In this document: positions 12,946-24,672 of the stretch, one piece after another | Numbering within the stretch: position 1 is the first letter of the stretch | How the letters are laid out: every line of letters begins with the position of its first letter | Source: Mobula hypostoma | Lineage: Eukaryota | Length of the DNA: 64,000 nucleotides | Direction of reading: 5' to 3' | NCBI RefSeq assembly: GCF_963921235.1 | Contig: NC_086108.1 | Span: forward strand, 110,672,001 to 110,736,000 | The notes under the pieces: model-generated | What the model was told of the DNA's origin: nothing | Database searches by the model: none | The model's input: only the letters and a program-made list of their open reading frames with translations | Program-made: the position numbers and the translations under genes

Positions 12946-13192
12946 TGTTATGTTTTGTGACTTCAAAACATTCAACTGACTCAATGGGAGACATGGGAGT
13001 CTGAAATGTGGGTTTAACTTTGTGTTTTACTTTAAGTGAGGCATGCACGTATCACATGGTAATGTGATGACGTGTGTAATTCACATACTTTTAGATATAA
13101 CCTGTAATGAATTATTTAAATGAACAAAAATGCTTAATCTAACAATATATATAAGATTTCTCAAATATTACTGAAATAGTAAATACACAACA
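12946..13192. mobile_element. Candidate solo LTR (247 bp)
   Basis: Starts TGTTATGT and ends ACACAACA (imperfect inverted termini), flanked by catag/gatag (4 of 5 match, TSD-like), and interrupts a CR1 fragment. Confidence 0.55.
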
Positions 13193-13318
13193 GATAGAAA
13201 GAAAGTCTTTTTCCCAACATTGGGATATCAAGAATGGCCTAATTCTACTCCTGTGTCTTATGGCCTTTTGGAGACTGACATTTATGGTTATCAGTGCTCC
13301 ACTGTCTTCTCATTACAG

Positions 13319-13480
13319 GGGTCCTGATGTTTGACAAAATCCAGGGATTCTGGCTGACGCACAGTGTGCCACACTTTCCTCCCAATGCCACGAAGGGGTA
13401 CGCTTGGCCATCGTCTGGACGGCGAAACGGACAGACCCTTCTGTGCGTTACAATCAAATACGATCAGGTGACAAAAATCG
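13319..13480 (+). CDS. DNASE2B: Deoxyribonuclease II beta, internal coding exon (exon 4 equivalent, 162 bp, phase 1-1)
   Basis: Acceptor ttctcattacAG and donor G|GTAAGG. Translates GVLMFDKIQGFWLTHSVPHFPPNATKGYAWPSSGRRNGQTLLCVTIKYDQVTKI, containing the DNase II GFWLxHSVPxFPP motif. Confidence 0.95.
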
Positions 13481-13504
13481 GTAAGGAATTACCAACACAA
13501 GGGA

Positions 13505-13735
13505 TTCTGCAGAAGCTGCAAATTCACACACTAAATGCTGGAGGTACTCAGCACTCAGCATCTATGAAGAAGAATAAACAGTCAACGTTCAGGCTGAGAC
13601 CCTTCATCATTCTGCTAGCTTCTGCCCCCTTCCTTTCTAGTCCTGCTGAAGAGTCTCGGGCCCAAAGCATCAACTGTTTATTCTTCCCCATAGATGCTGC
13701 CCGACCTGCTGAGATCCTTCAGCCTTTTGTGCATG
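13505..13735. repeat. Degenerate foldback made of two inverted Penelope-derived 3' ends with decayed hammerhead motifs
   Basis: The left arm (aataaacagtcaacgttcaggctgagacccttcatca) is the approximate reverse complement of the right arm (tgctgaagagtctcgggcccaaagcatcaactgtttattc). Confidence 0.65.
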
Positions 13736-14110
13736 GCACTCTGATAAGGAATTATATTGTTCCTTGCTTGACGCGTGTCTTTTGTAACATGTTCTGGTTG
13801 CCTCATTATAGAAAGGATGCAGAGAGGGTGCAGAGGATACTGCCTGGATTAGAGAACATGTCCAATGAGGAAAGGTTGGGTGAACTAGGGCTTTTCTTTT
13901 TGTAGTAAAGGAGAATGCGAGGTGAGTTGATACAGAGGTTTACAGATGATAGATCAATTGACCTTTTTATCCCACGGCAGAAATAGAGACATTTTTCAGA
14001 GACTTTTTTCCCACGGCAGAAATAACTAGTACCAGGGAGTATAATTTTAATGTGATTGAAAGAAAGCACAGGATGGATGTTAAAGGGAAATTTTTTATTA
14101 AGCAGAGTGT

Positions 14111-15264
14111 TGGCACGTGGCCAAGTGGTTAAGGCGTTCGTCTAGTGATTCAAAGGTCGCTAGTTTGAGCCTCAGCTGAGGCAGCGTGTTGTGTCCTTGT
14201 GCCCTTGAGCTTTAAAATTTGTCTTTTAGCTCTAACTGCTTTAAGTTGAGATGCTAATAGCTTATTACTTTTATCTCCAGACATATAAAATTGACTTTTT
14301 AATTTAAGCAAATTTCTTTCAATCGGATAAGTTAATAGTAAATTATATTGAAATTGAAGTTTGAGCCTTTGTTTAAATAGATCAACATTAGGAGAAACTG
14401 CATGAGTATTATCTAGATCTTTAATTAGTTTGGAAATTCTATCTAATTCTACTTTTTTCTGTTTCTTAAGTTTAGCCAAATAAGATAATATCTGACCTCG
14501 CAAATATGCTTTGAGTGTATCCTGTATAATCAATTTCGAAACATCTCCCATATTATTAAAAAGATAGAATTTTAAAAATTCTTGAGAGATGGTAGTTTAG
14601 CTTGTAATTATGAAGATATTAATTAAATTTTTCAAGACTATTACAGTGAACTTTATAAATCTCAGTTTCCAGCTGACCCTTCTAATATGTATGCCTTTTT
14701 ACAAGAGATTGATTTTCCTAGAATATCTGTTGAAGATCAGCAAATTCTTGATGCTCCTTTTACTGAAAGAGAAATTCAGAAAGCTATTCTTTCAATGCAA
14801 TCTGGTAAAGCTCCTGGATTGGATGGTTTTACTGTAGGATTTTATAAAAAATTTGAACACTTGCTTTCTCCTTATATGTTAGAAGTGCTTAAAGATTCTT
14901 TTTTGTCAGGAGAGTTACCTTCCACATCTTATGAAGCTTCTATTTCCTTAATCCTTAAGAAAGATAAAGATCCTACTGATTGTGCGTCATATAGACCTAT
15001 TTCATTATTAAACGTGGATGCCAAAATTCTTTCAAATAATGTGCCCTTGAGCAAGGCACTTAATCACACATTGCTCTGCGACGACACTGGTGCCAAGCTG
15101 TATAGGTCCTAATGCCCTTCCCTTGGACAACATCGGTGTCATGGAGAGGGGAGACTTGCAGCATGGGCAACTGCTGGTCTTCCATACAACCTTGCCCATG
15201 CCTGCGCCCTGGAAACCTTTCAAGGCGCAAATCCATGGTCTCATGAGACTAACGGATGCCTATA
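14111..15264 (+). mobile_element. tRNA-derived SINE split by an L1 fragment, itself inserted in a CR1 3' fragment (13790-15470)
   Basis: tRNA-like head ggcacgtggccaagtggttaaggcg (A box). The body gtgcccttgagcaaggcactt resumes at 15040. Confidence 0.7.
14211..15039. mobile_element. L1-clade ORF2 internal fragment with 5' inversion (14211-~14570 minus, ~14568-15039 plus) and 13-bp TSD
   Basis: Minus part LKAYLRGQILSY...GDKSNKLLASQLK; plus part MQSGKAPGLDGFTVGFYKKF...SYRPISLLNVDAKILS; TSD tgtgcccttgagc at 14198-14210 and 15040-15052. Confidence 0.85.
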
Positions 15265-15559
15265 AAGCGTGGTGGGTGTGTGGAACGTGCTGCCGGGGGT
15301 GGTGGGAGAGGCAGATACATTAGGGACATTTAAGAAACTCTTAGATAAGCACATGGATAGAAGACTGAAGGAATATGTGGGAGGGAAGGTTAGATTGATC
15401 TTGGAGTAGGTTAAAAGGTTGCCACATTGTAGGCCAAAGGGCCTATGCTGTAATGTCCTGTGTTCTATGTTTTGGGGGTAATCAGATGTAAAAACTTTCT
15501 CTGAGGTTAGCCACTCTGACTGGTACCCTCTTAACGGACATGACCCTTTGCCCTTGCAG

Positions 15560-15757
15560 GAGACCAGTTTTTATACTTGAACCCCCATATCTACAGTTGG
15601 ACTCTTCCTCACCTCTTCCTGCCCGAGCTCTCCAAACTGCTGTTTGTGTTGGAAGGTGGCAGCCCAACGAAGGCTCCGTGGAAACGGCACGCCAAACTCA
15701 CATCCCTGGGGGGAGTCCAGTTCCAGAGCTTTGCAAAGTACAAGCACTTCGGGGACG
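15560..15757 (+). CDS. DNASE2B: Deoxyribonuclease II beta, penultimate coding exon (198 bp, phase 1-1)
   Basis: Acceptor cccttgcAG and donor G|GTAAGA. Translates GDQFLYLNPHIYSWTLPHLFLPELSKLLFVLEGGSPTKAPWKRHAKLTSLGGVQFQSFAKYKHFGD, in frame with both flanking exons. Confidence 0.95.
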
Positions 15758-16401
15758 GTAAGACCAAAATAAAAGTCAGGTTTATTAGCAGATGCACAAG
15801 TCCATCTCTGCACAGGTGCAATGAAAATCTTACTTGCAGCAGCATCACAGAAACAGAGCATCAGATAAACAGCTTTCACAAAAAAAACATAAACAAGATT
15901 TACAAGAACACAATTAGTACAGAAAAAAAGGTAATTTTAGTGCAGAAATGCACAATTAGCATCTCAGGAAATTAAGGTCAAAAAGAGAGCTTTTGGTACA
16001 TTGGCCTTCTTAAATCAAAGTACTGAGTACAGGAACTGGGATGTTATGTATAAGATGTTGGTGAGACCTAATTTGGAGTATCACAAACATGACAAAATCT
16101 GCAAATGCTGGAAATCCAGAGCAATACAGACAAAATGCTGGAGGAACTCAGCAGGCCAGGCAGCATCTATGGAAAAGAGTAAACAGTCAACTTTTCGTGC
16201 CAAGAATGAGCTGCCAGTGGAAGTGGTGGATGTGGGTTTGATTGGGTATGGAGGAGTATGGTCCAGGTGCGGGCTGATGGGACTACGGGGAAATAATAGT
16301 TTGGCACAAACTAGATGGGCCAAAAGTCCTGTTCCTTTGCTGTAGTGTTCTAAGATACTTTCATGCATACATCCCATTCATTGTTGCGAGTTCTCTTTCA
16401 G

Positions 16402-16739
16402 ATATATACACGGCATGGGCTGCTCAGGAATTGGATACGGATTTATTGTCTGAAACCTGGAACATTGGGAAGTATCAGCTGCCATCCAACTGTTCCCTCC
16501 ACAGACACGTCTACAACGTCATGAGGGTCCGATTGCCAGGAGCTGCTTCCTTCCCTTCCACCCATGACCATTCCAAGTGGTGTGTGTCCCTGCATACCAC
16601 CGATGGGTGGGCTTGTGTCGGAGATCTCAATCGCTCTGAGGGCCAGATGTGGAGGAGCGGTGGGCTTCTCTGCACACAGAATCCTTTGCTGTACAAAGCC
16701 TTCAGACGATCTGTGTCCCTGTACAGGAATTGTTCATGA
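16402..16739 (+). CDS. DNASE2B: Deoxyribonuclease II beta, last coding exon (to TGA)
   Basis: Acceptor ttctctttcAG. Translates DIYTAWAAQELDTDLLSETW...LPSNCS...HDHSKWCVS...WACVGDLNRSEGQMWRSGGLLC...RNCS*, containing the second catalytic HxK motif. Located upstream of RPF1 as in other vertebrates. Confidence 0.95.
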
Positions 16740-16792
16740 CATTCTGTGATGTAACAGGGAGAATTTTGAAGTTGAGGTTTAACAGCTACTTC

Positions 16793-17525
16793 AGAACATG
16801 GAACATTACAGCACAGTACAGGCCCATCAGCCCACGATGTTATGCCAACCTTTTAACCTATTCTGAGAATAATCTAACCCTTCCCTTCAAACGTCCATAA
16901 TGTATCTTCCTCTACCACCATCCCTGGCAGTACGTTCTACACACCCACCACTTTCTGCGTAAGAAACCCACCTCTGACACAGCCCACTATACTTTCATCC
17001 AATCACCTTAAAGTGGTTTTTCCTCATATTGGACATTTCCATTGCAGGAGGAAGTCTCTGGTTGTCTGCTCTGTCTATGCATCTTATACACCTCTGTCAA
17101 GTCACATCTCATCCTCTTATATGCCAAAGAGAAAAGTCCTAGCTCATTTAATCTTTCCTCATAAAACATCCAGGCAGCTTCCTGGTAAATCTCTTCTGCT
17201 CTCTCTCTAAAGCTTCTACATCCTTCTATAATAGGTAACCAGATCTGAACACAATACTGCAAGTGTGGTCTAACCAGGGTTTTATAGAGCTGCAATGTTG
17301 CCTCATGGCTCTTGAACTCAATCCACCAACTAATGAAGGCCAACACACGGTACGCATTCTTAACCACCAACTTGCGCAGTAACTATGAGGGATCTATGAG
17401 CGTAAACCCCAAGAACCCTCTGTTTCTCCACTTTGCTAAGAATCCCGTGATCAACCTTGTATTCTGCCTTCAAGTTTGACCTTCCAAAGTGAATCACTTC
17501 ACACTTTTCCAGATTGAACTCCATG
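16793..17525 (-). mobile_element. Antisense CR1 fragment within the probable DNASE2B 3' UTR
   Basis: ORF 17370-17008 (LQLYKTLVRPHLQYCVQIW). The CR1 tail faces the stop codon. Confidence 0.85.
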
Positions 17526-17692
17526 TTGAGGCATGTCACTGCTGTTGTGTGGGAGGAAGTGGGATGGCAGCTTTGTGAGTGTCATCCTCAGTGGCCATGA
17601 ACAGTGTTCACTTTATGGTACTTGGTTCGGGAAAAAGTTCTGAGAAGGATCCTCGTTGTGTTGAGTAGAATTGTTCCCTTGATCTTTGAAAA

Positions 17693-17702
17693 AATAAATA
17701 AA
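17693..17702 (+). promoter_or_regulatory. Candidate DNASE2B polyadenylation signal (two overlapping AATAAA)
   Basis: AATAAATAAA lies in non-repeat sequence about 950 bp after the stop codon, and I saw no earlier canonical signal. Confidence 0.5.
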
Positions 17703-18039
17703 GTTGCAATGTTCTGAGATTTGCGCTAAGTTTCTAAACTGATAACAGAACAGAATTCACTGACTGCAGAGAACTTTCCAAATTCTCCATTAACACCATC
17801 CCAGGTAGATAGGGTTGTAAAGAGATCTCTTAGCAGATTGACTTTTATAAATCAGGGCTCTGGAAGTGGTATTGTCACATGCACAAAGCTACAGTGAAAA
17901 GCTTGTCCTGCGACTGTTCATACATGGACAGAGCTCCATGACTGAATCGTACACCACAACTGAATGAACCATGTCCAGAGTCACTTGTGTTCCCTTCCCA
18001 ATCTATTTATTATTATTGTACATATGTGTCACCAGATAC

Positions 18040-18935
18040 TACCATAAGACCATAAGACACAGGAGCAGAATTAACCCATTCAGCCCATCAGGTCTGTTCT
18101 GCCACTCTATCATGGCCAATCCTGGATCCCACTCAACCCCACACATCTGCCTTCCTTGATGGCCTGACCAATCAAGAAACTAGCAATTTTCGCTTTAAAT
18201 ATACCCATGGTTTTGACCTCTACTGCAGTCTGTGGCCGAGTTTTCCTCAAATTCACCACCCTCTGGCTAAAAAAATTCCTCCTTACTTCTGTTCTAAAGG
18301 GTCACCCCTCGTTCTGGACACCCCCACCAAAGGAAACATCCTTTCCACATCCTCCCTATCTAGTCCTTCCTACATTCAGTAGGTTTCAATAAGAACCCCC
18401 TCCAATTCTTCTAAATTCCAGTGTGTACAGGCCCAAACGCTCCTCATACGTTAGCCCCCTCATTCCTGGAATCATCCTTGTGAACCTAGTCTGGATTCTC
18501 TCCAATGCCAGCACATATTTTCTGAGATATGGGGCCCAAACCTGTTGACAATACTCTAAGCAAGCCTCAGTATTAGCTCCTTGCTTTTATATTTTATTCT
18601 CCTTGAAATAAATGCTAACATTGGATTTTACCACAGACTCAACCTGTAATTTAACCTTCTGGGAGACTTGCATGAGGACTCCTAAGTCCCTTTTGCACCT
18701 CTGATGTTTGAACCTCTCCCCACTTAGATAATAGTCTGCACTTTTGTTCCTTTTGCCAAAATGCATTATCATATATTTCCCAACACCGTATTCTATCTGC
18801 CACTTTTTTGCCCATTCTTCCAATTTGTCTAAGTCTTTCTGCAATGGCATTGCTTCCTCAGCACTACCTACCCCTCCACCAATCTGCAAACTTTGCCACA
18901 AAGCCATCAAATCCATTATCTAAATCATTGACGAA
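18040..18935 (-). mobile_element. CR1 LINE 3' fragment
   Basis: ORF 18916-18587 (LQKDLDKLEEWAKKWQ...MHFGKRN) and a ccataaga-type tail at about 18040. Confidence 0.85.
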
Positions 18936-19579
18936 CAATGAGATTAATTTTCTTGCAGGCATTCACAGTAAAGATTGTTATTGCTGGGGTTGGTAATGGA
19001 GACAAACTCCTAGTGCCTATTAAATTCTCCCAATGGCATGTACCTCAAATAATCTCAACAACCAAACCCAGCTCCTAGCCCAGTGGAACCGTTTCTACTG
19101 ACAGGAGAAGGGCAACGACAGGTTACTGGCACCTTAAAACCAGTTGCGTCGGGCAGATGGGGCTCGTCAATTGTGGTTGGCAGCTTACCTAGGAAAAAGA
19201 AAACTCTGATTTCAAACCTCCGGTGCCTTGCGGCTATACCCACTCTTAGGGAAGGCTTCAGGAGAACTCCAATGCACTGCTGGTGCCAAACTGTGATGAT
19301 CTCTGCCATTCCTTTGGGTTCATCAGATGCATTAAGAGGGGGAGCTTGCTACATAGGTAACAGCTCACTCGTACTGCCCTGGCTCATGTATCTAGACAGC
19401 TAGGGACGCAACATCCATGGTCGACCCTGACCAACAGAGGCCTCAATTGATCGCAGTAAATACAAGAGACAGAATAGAATCAATGACGGACAAACAACCA
19501 ATGTGCAAAAGACGACAAACTGTGCAAATCCAGAAAGGAAGATAATAATAACAATAGACAATTTAATCTAAGAATACCC

Positions 19580-20304
19580 CCAAAGGTGAGGAAAGAGAAC
19601 CGGGTCGAGACAACAGAGACTTATGGAGAAGAGGAGTTCAGTGGGTAATAAAATGGATGAGTTGACGGCACTAGCCAGGAGTCAGAGAACATTTCGGGAG
19701 TGCAGTGTTATGTGTTTTACTGAAACGTGGCTGCATGAGGACATACCCGACCAAAACGTTTCCATAAAGGGCTTCCAGACCGTTCAGGCTGACCGGAAGT
19801 GCACTGAGAGCGGTAAGCGTAAAGGAGGGGGGCTTGCTGATCTTGTTAACAACAGATGGTGCAGTCCTGGTCATATTACGATCAAGGAACGTGTTTGTAG
19901 CCCAGATATTGAACTTCTTGCTGTTGGACTCCGGCCAAAGGAAATCTCACATGCAATTGTGGTTGTTGTGTACATCCCTCCCTCTGCCAACCCGATGTCA
20001 GCGTGTAACATCATTTACACCGTTGGGCACAGGAGTACATTCAGCCAGAGACTCATTCCACCGGGATGCAGCACTGAGCGTCATGGGAAGTCATTCCTGC
20101 CTGTGGCCATCAAACTTTGCAGCTCCTCCCTTGGAGGGTCGGACATCCTGGGCCAATGGGCTGGTCCTGGACTTATTTCCGTCTGGCATGTTTTACATAT
20201 TATTATTTGATTGTTTGTGGTTTTGTATTGCCATGTTTGTACTCTGTTCTTGGTTGGTGCAACTGTAACGAAACCCAATTTCCCTCGGGATCAATAAAAT
20301 ATGC

Positions 20305-20335
<31 letters not shown>
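19580..20335 (+). mobile_element. Internally deleted Rex1-like LINE (APE endonuclease fused directly to the 3' end)
   Basis: ORF 19623-20210 (NKMDEL...CFTETWL...KGGGL...VVVVYIPPSAN) joins near 20020 to the C-terminal TFSQRL...RHGKSFLPVAIKL. (CTAT)n tail at about 20306-20335. Confidence 0.75.
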
Positions 20336-20336
20336 C

Positions 20337-20690
20337 AGCAATTGCAGTTAAAAGCAAGGATACAGATGTCAATAAGTGAAAAACACCAGAAATATGCAGA
20401 ATTAAAAAAGGAAATTGAAAGACAATGGAACATGAACAGAATATACATTGTCCCAATAGTAATATCTACAACTGGTATCATCCAAAAGTAACTACACAAT
20501 AGCATAAACTAATAGGCCTACACAGCAATACTTATGTAAATCTCTAGAAAGCCACAATGCTAAACACCACTAGAATAGTCGGAAAGTTCCTCACGATTGA
20601 CAAATGAGTGCCCTTGGCTATGCCTGTACCTCAGGTTTTACCAGCTTTAGCTGAGAAAAAATAAAAATGTAATAATAATATTAATAACTC
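20337..20690 (+). mobile_element. 3' end of an R4/Dong-like LINE with a restriction-like endonuclease C-terminus
   Basis: EKHQKYAELKKEIERQWNMNRIYIVPIVISTTGII...KATMLNTTRIV matches the RLE-LINE C-terminal pattern; (TAA)n-like tail at about 20670-20690. Confidence 0.7.
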
Positions 20691-21909
20691 AATAAACAAT
20701 AAATATCAAGAACATGAGATGAAGAGTCCTTGAAAGTGAGTCCATAGGTTGTGGGAATTGTTAAGTGATGGGGTGAGTGAAGTTGAGGGAAGTTATTTCC
20801 TCTGGTTCAAGAGCATGATGGTTGAAGGGTAATAACTACCCCTGAACCTGGTGGTGTGAGGCTCGAGGCTCTCATACCTTCTACCTGAAGGCAGCAGTAA
20901 GAAGAGAGCATGCCCTGGGTGGTGGGGGTCCTTGATGGTGGATGCAACAGCACTCTATGTGGATGTGCTCAGTGGTGGGGAGGGCTTTACCCATGATGGA
21001 CTGGGCCGCATCCACTGCTTTTTGTAGGATTTTCCATTCCAGGGCATTGGTGTTTCTGTACCAGGCTGTGATGCAACCAGTTAATATACTCTCCACTGCA
21101 CATCTATAGAAGTTTGTAAAAGCAGCAACAGGCGTATCACCTACATGAGCATAAGCCATGGTGAGCTGGGGTTAGAGGGGACAAGGAGCCTGAGCAAGGG
21201 ACATCTGCCGAAAAACTGGGGAACAGGCCCAGCCACACTTACCAGTTTAACCAGCTGTCAAGGCTATAACAAAGCAGCAAATCCCTCGGTGTTGCCTTCA
21301 GCCAGGTCCTACCAGTGTTGCAAGGATTCAAAGTACATTTATTATCAAACTATGTATGCAGTATACAACCCTGAGATTTGTCTTCTCCACAGCCATCAAA
21401 CAAAGAAACACCATGGACCCTGTTCAACAAAAACATCAAACACCCAACACACAAAACGAAGAAGAGTTTTTTCATCTTCTGAGGAGCCTTGGCCAGCAAC
21501 ATCATGAAGGATCCCACCCACCCTGCTCATGGACTATTTGCCCCACTTTCATCAGGGAGGAGTCTATGTAGCATCCAAACTAGGTCCACCGATTCAAAAC
21601 CAGTTACTTTCCCCAAGCAGTGAGGCTGATCAACACCTCCACCCACTAACCCACCCCTCCACACCCCCCAACCACCCTGTCAGTCACCTTATGTACAGAC
21701 ACTCCTGTGCCTAGCCTCACTTTATGGCCAGACAATCAATTTATGTATATAAGCTATCTTATATATTTATATTTATTGTCGTCTTTATTTCATTGTGGTT
21801 TTTTTTAGTGCTACATCAGATCCAGAGTAACAATTATTTCATTCTCCTTTACACTTGTATACTGGACATGACATTAAACAATCCTGAATCTTGAATTAAA
21901 TACAACACA

Positions 21910-22937
21910 TAGTGGGGTACTGCAAGGCTCAGTGCTGGGACCCCAGTTGTTTACAATATATATTAATGACTTGGATGAGGGAATTAAATGCAGCATCTCC
22001 AAGTTTGCGGATGACACGAAGCTGGGCGCCAGTGTTAGCTGTGAGGAGGATGCTAAGAGGATGCAGGGTGACTTGGATAGGTTAGGTGAGTGGGCAAATT
22101 CATGGCAGATGCAATTTAATGTGGATAAATGTGAAGTTATCCACTTTGGTGGCAAAAACAAGAAAACAGATTATTATCTGAATGGTGGCCGATTAGGAAA
22201 AGGGGAGGTGCAACGAGACCTGGGTGTCATTATACACCAGTCATTGAAAGTGGGCATGCAGGTACAGCAGGCGGTGAAAAAGGCGAATGGTAAGCTGGCA
22301 TTCATAGCAAGAGGATTCGAGTACAGGAGCAGGGAGGTACTACTGCAGTTGTACAAGGCCTTGGTGAGACCACACCTGGAGTATTGTTTGCAGTTTTGGT
22401 CCCCTAATCTGAAGAAAGACATCCTTGCTATAGAGGGAGTACAAAGAAGGTTCACCAGATTGATTCCTGGGATGGCAGGACTTTCATATGATGAAAGACT
22501 GGATGAACTAGGCTTATACTCGTTGGAATTTAGAAGATTGAGGGGGGATCTTATTGAAACATATAAAATCCTAAAGAGACTGGACAGGCTAGATGCAGGA
22601 AGATTGTTCCCGATGTTGGGGAAGTCCAGAACGAGGGGTCACAGTTTGAGGATAAAGGGGAAGCCTTTTAGGACCGAGATTAGGAAAAACTTCTTCACAC
22701 AGAGAGTGGTGAATCTGTGGAATTCTCTGCCACGGGAAACCGTTGAGGCCAGTTCATTGGCTATATTTAAGAGGGAGTTAGGTATGGCCCTTGTGGCTAA
22801 AGGGATCAGGGGGTATGGAGGGAAGGCTGGTACAGGGTTCTGAGTTGGATGATCAGCCATGATCATACTGAATGGCGGTGCAGGCTCGAAGCGCCGAATG
22901 GCCTACTCCTACACCTATTTTCTATGTTTCTATGTTT
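21910..22937 (+). mobile_element. Young 5'-truncated CR1 LINE (copy A)
   Basis: Uninterrupted 303-aa frame with KFADDTKL; intact 3' UTR and (TTTCTATG)n tail; cata duplicated at the flanks. Confidence 0.95.
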
Positions 22938-23454
22938 CATACAAAGTGCTGTAGGAGCTTAAAAGTTCAAAGTTCAAAGTAAATTTATAATCAAAGAATG
23001 TATATGTCACCATATACAACCCTGAGATTAATTTTCTTGCAGGCATTCACAGGAAAATACAGAAATACAATAGATTTTACAAAAAGTCTATAAATAACAA
23101 AGACTAACAAACAACAAATGTGCAAAAGAAGACAAATCATGCAATTTGGGTAAAAGGTAATTAAATAACACTGAGAATATAAGTTGTAGAGTCCTTGACA
23201 TAGAGTCCATAGGTTGTGGAATCAGTTCAGTGTTGTAGTGCGTGATGTTATTGACACCGGTTCAGGAGCCCCATGCTTGAGAGGTAATTAACTGTTCCTG
23301 AACCTGGTGGTGTGGGCCCTGAGGCTCTTGTACATCCTTCCCAAAGGCAGTAGTGAGAAAAGAGTATGTATGTCTGTATATTTAGGTTAATACTGACAAT
23401 AGTTGTGCAAATCCATTTAGTGTCGTCCTCCAAGTTTGTAATCTACCCATCTAT

Positions 23455-23985
23455 AAGACATAAGAGCTGAGTTAGGCCATTTGGTCCATCGAGTCTTCTC
23501 TGCTGATCATCATGGCTGATTTATTATCCCCTCTCAACCCCATTCTCCTGCCTGCTCCATGTAATCTTTTTGCCTTGACTAATCACAAACCTATCAAACA
23601 ATGACGAGGCATTCACAGCTGTTTGTGGTAATGAAGTCCACAGACTCACCACCCTCTGGCTAAAGAAATTCCACCTCATCTCTGTCCTAAAGGGATGTTC
23701 TAATATTCTGAGGCTTTGCCCTCTGGTACTAGACTACCTCATTATAGGAACCATCTTGTCCACATCAACTCTGTATGGGCCTTTCAATATATGATAGGTT
23801 TCAATGAGATCCCCCACTATTTCTTCTAAACTCCAGCAAGTACAGGCCCAGAGCCATCAAATTCTCCTCATATGTTACCCTTTTCATTCCTGGAATCATT
23901 GTTGTGAACCTCCTCTGAACCCTCTCCAATGTCAGCATATCTTTTCGTAGATAAGGGGCACAAAACTGCTCACAATACTCCAAGC
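23455..23985 (-). mobile_element. CR1 LINE 3' fragment
   Basis: ORF 23983-23801 (YLRKDMLTLERVQRRF) with a CR1 3' UTR. Confidence 0.8.
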
Positions 23986-24499
23986 AAAATCCATCATAAT
24001 TTAGCTCAAATCAAAATGCAGTTTGAAGCTCTCCTCAGGTCCCCTGGGATTTGTTTTTCATTCTGCAGCACGGTTCTGAACTCAGCAAGTCAGGCAGCGT
24101 TAATGCTCTAGCATTTTGTGTCACACCCATTCAATTCAGAGATACGGCATGGTAACAGGCTCATCTGCACCTAACAAGCGCACGTCGCCCAATGACACCC
24201 ATGTGACCAATTAACCTAATACCTCGTACATCTTCGGAATGTGGGAGGAAACCAGAGCACCCGGAGGAAATCCACGCAGTTACGGGCTGAACATACAAAG
24301 AGTGGCAAGAATTTAGGGGTCGCCTGCGGCACTCTCCTGCTTCCTCCCTGTATTCTTTGACTGCCCCCCAACCTATCAGTCTCCACCTTAAATACACCCA
24401 ATGACCAACCGAAATGAATTCCACAGATTCACCACACTTTGGCTAAAGAAATTCCTCCTCATCTCTGTTCTAAAAGGACTTTCTTGTACTCTGAAGCTG

Positions 24500-24672
24500 T
24501 CCCTCCCCCATCTCATTCCACCTTCTTCCCCCTTCCTTTCCAGACCTGATGATGGGCCTCAGCCCAAAACGTCATCTGTTTATTCTCCTCCACTGCGTGA
24601 GCTGCTGAGTTCCTCCAGCATTCTGTGCGTGTTGCTCTGGGTTTCCAGCATCTGCAGAATCCCTTGTGTTAA
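24500..24672 (+). mobile_element. Penelope-derived 3' end with a near-intact minimal hammerhead motif (24541-24578)
   Basis: cagac-CTGATGA-tgggc ctca gccca-AAAC-GTC-atctg; the GAAA box has decayed to AAAA. Confidence 0.65.

Noticed and set aside
1..13318. Search for DNASE2B exons 1-3 (including the GHTKG-type motif)
   Set aside because: I found no convincing exon by eye in the non-repeat patches (3320-3560, 5400-5940), so they are presumed upstream of the window. A pseudogene call is not justified because the three visible exons are intact.
13294..13905. ORF-track proteins extending DNASE2B and RPF1 exons (also 15577-15975, 55464-55667, 61883-62194)
   Set aside because: These are read-through into introns; similarity stops at clear splice sites.
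14111..14185. tRNA-like sequences here and at 50034, 7858, 34341 and 48715
   Set aside because: They are SINE heads continuing into SINE bodies, with no convincing cloverleaf or terminator, so they are not tRNA genes.
18970..19445. Unclassified repeat-like segment with ORFs of 84 and 106 aa
   Set aside because: It has no protein motif and is probably a non-coding TE portion; I could not assign a family or structure from the sequence alone.
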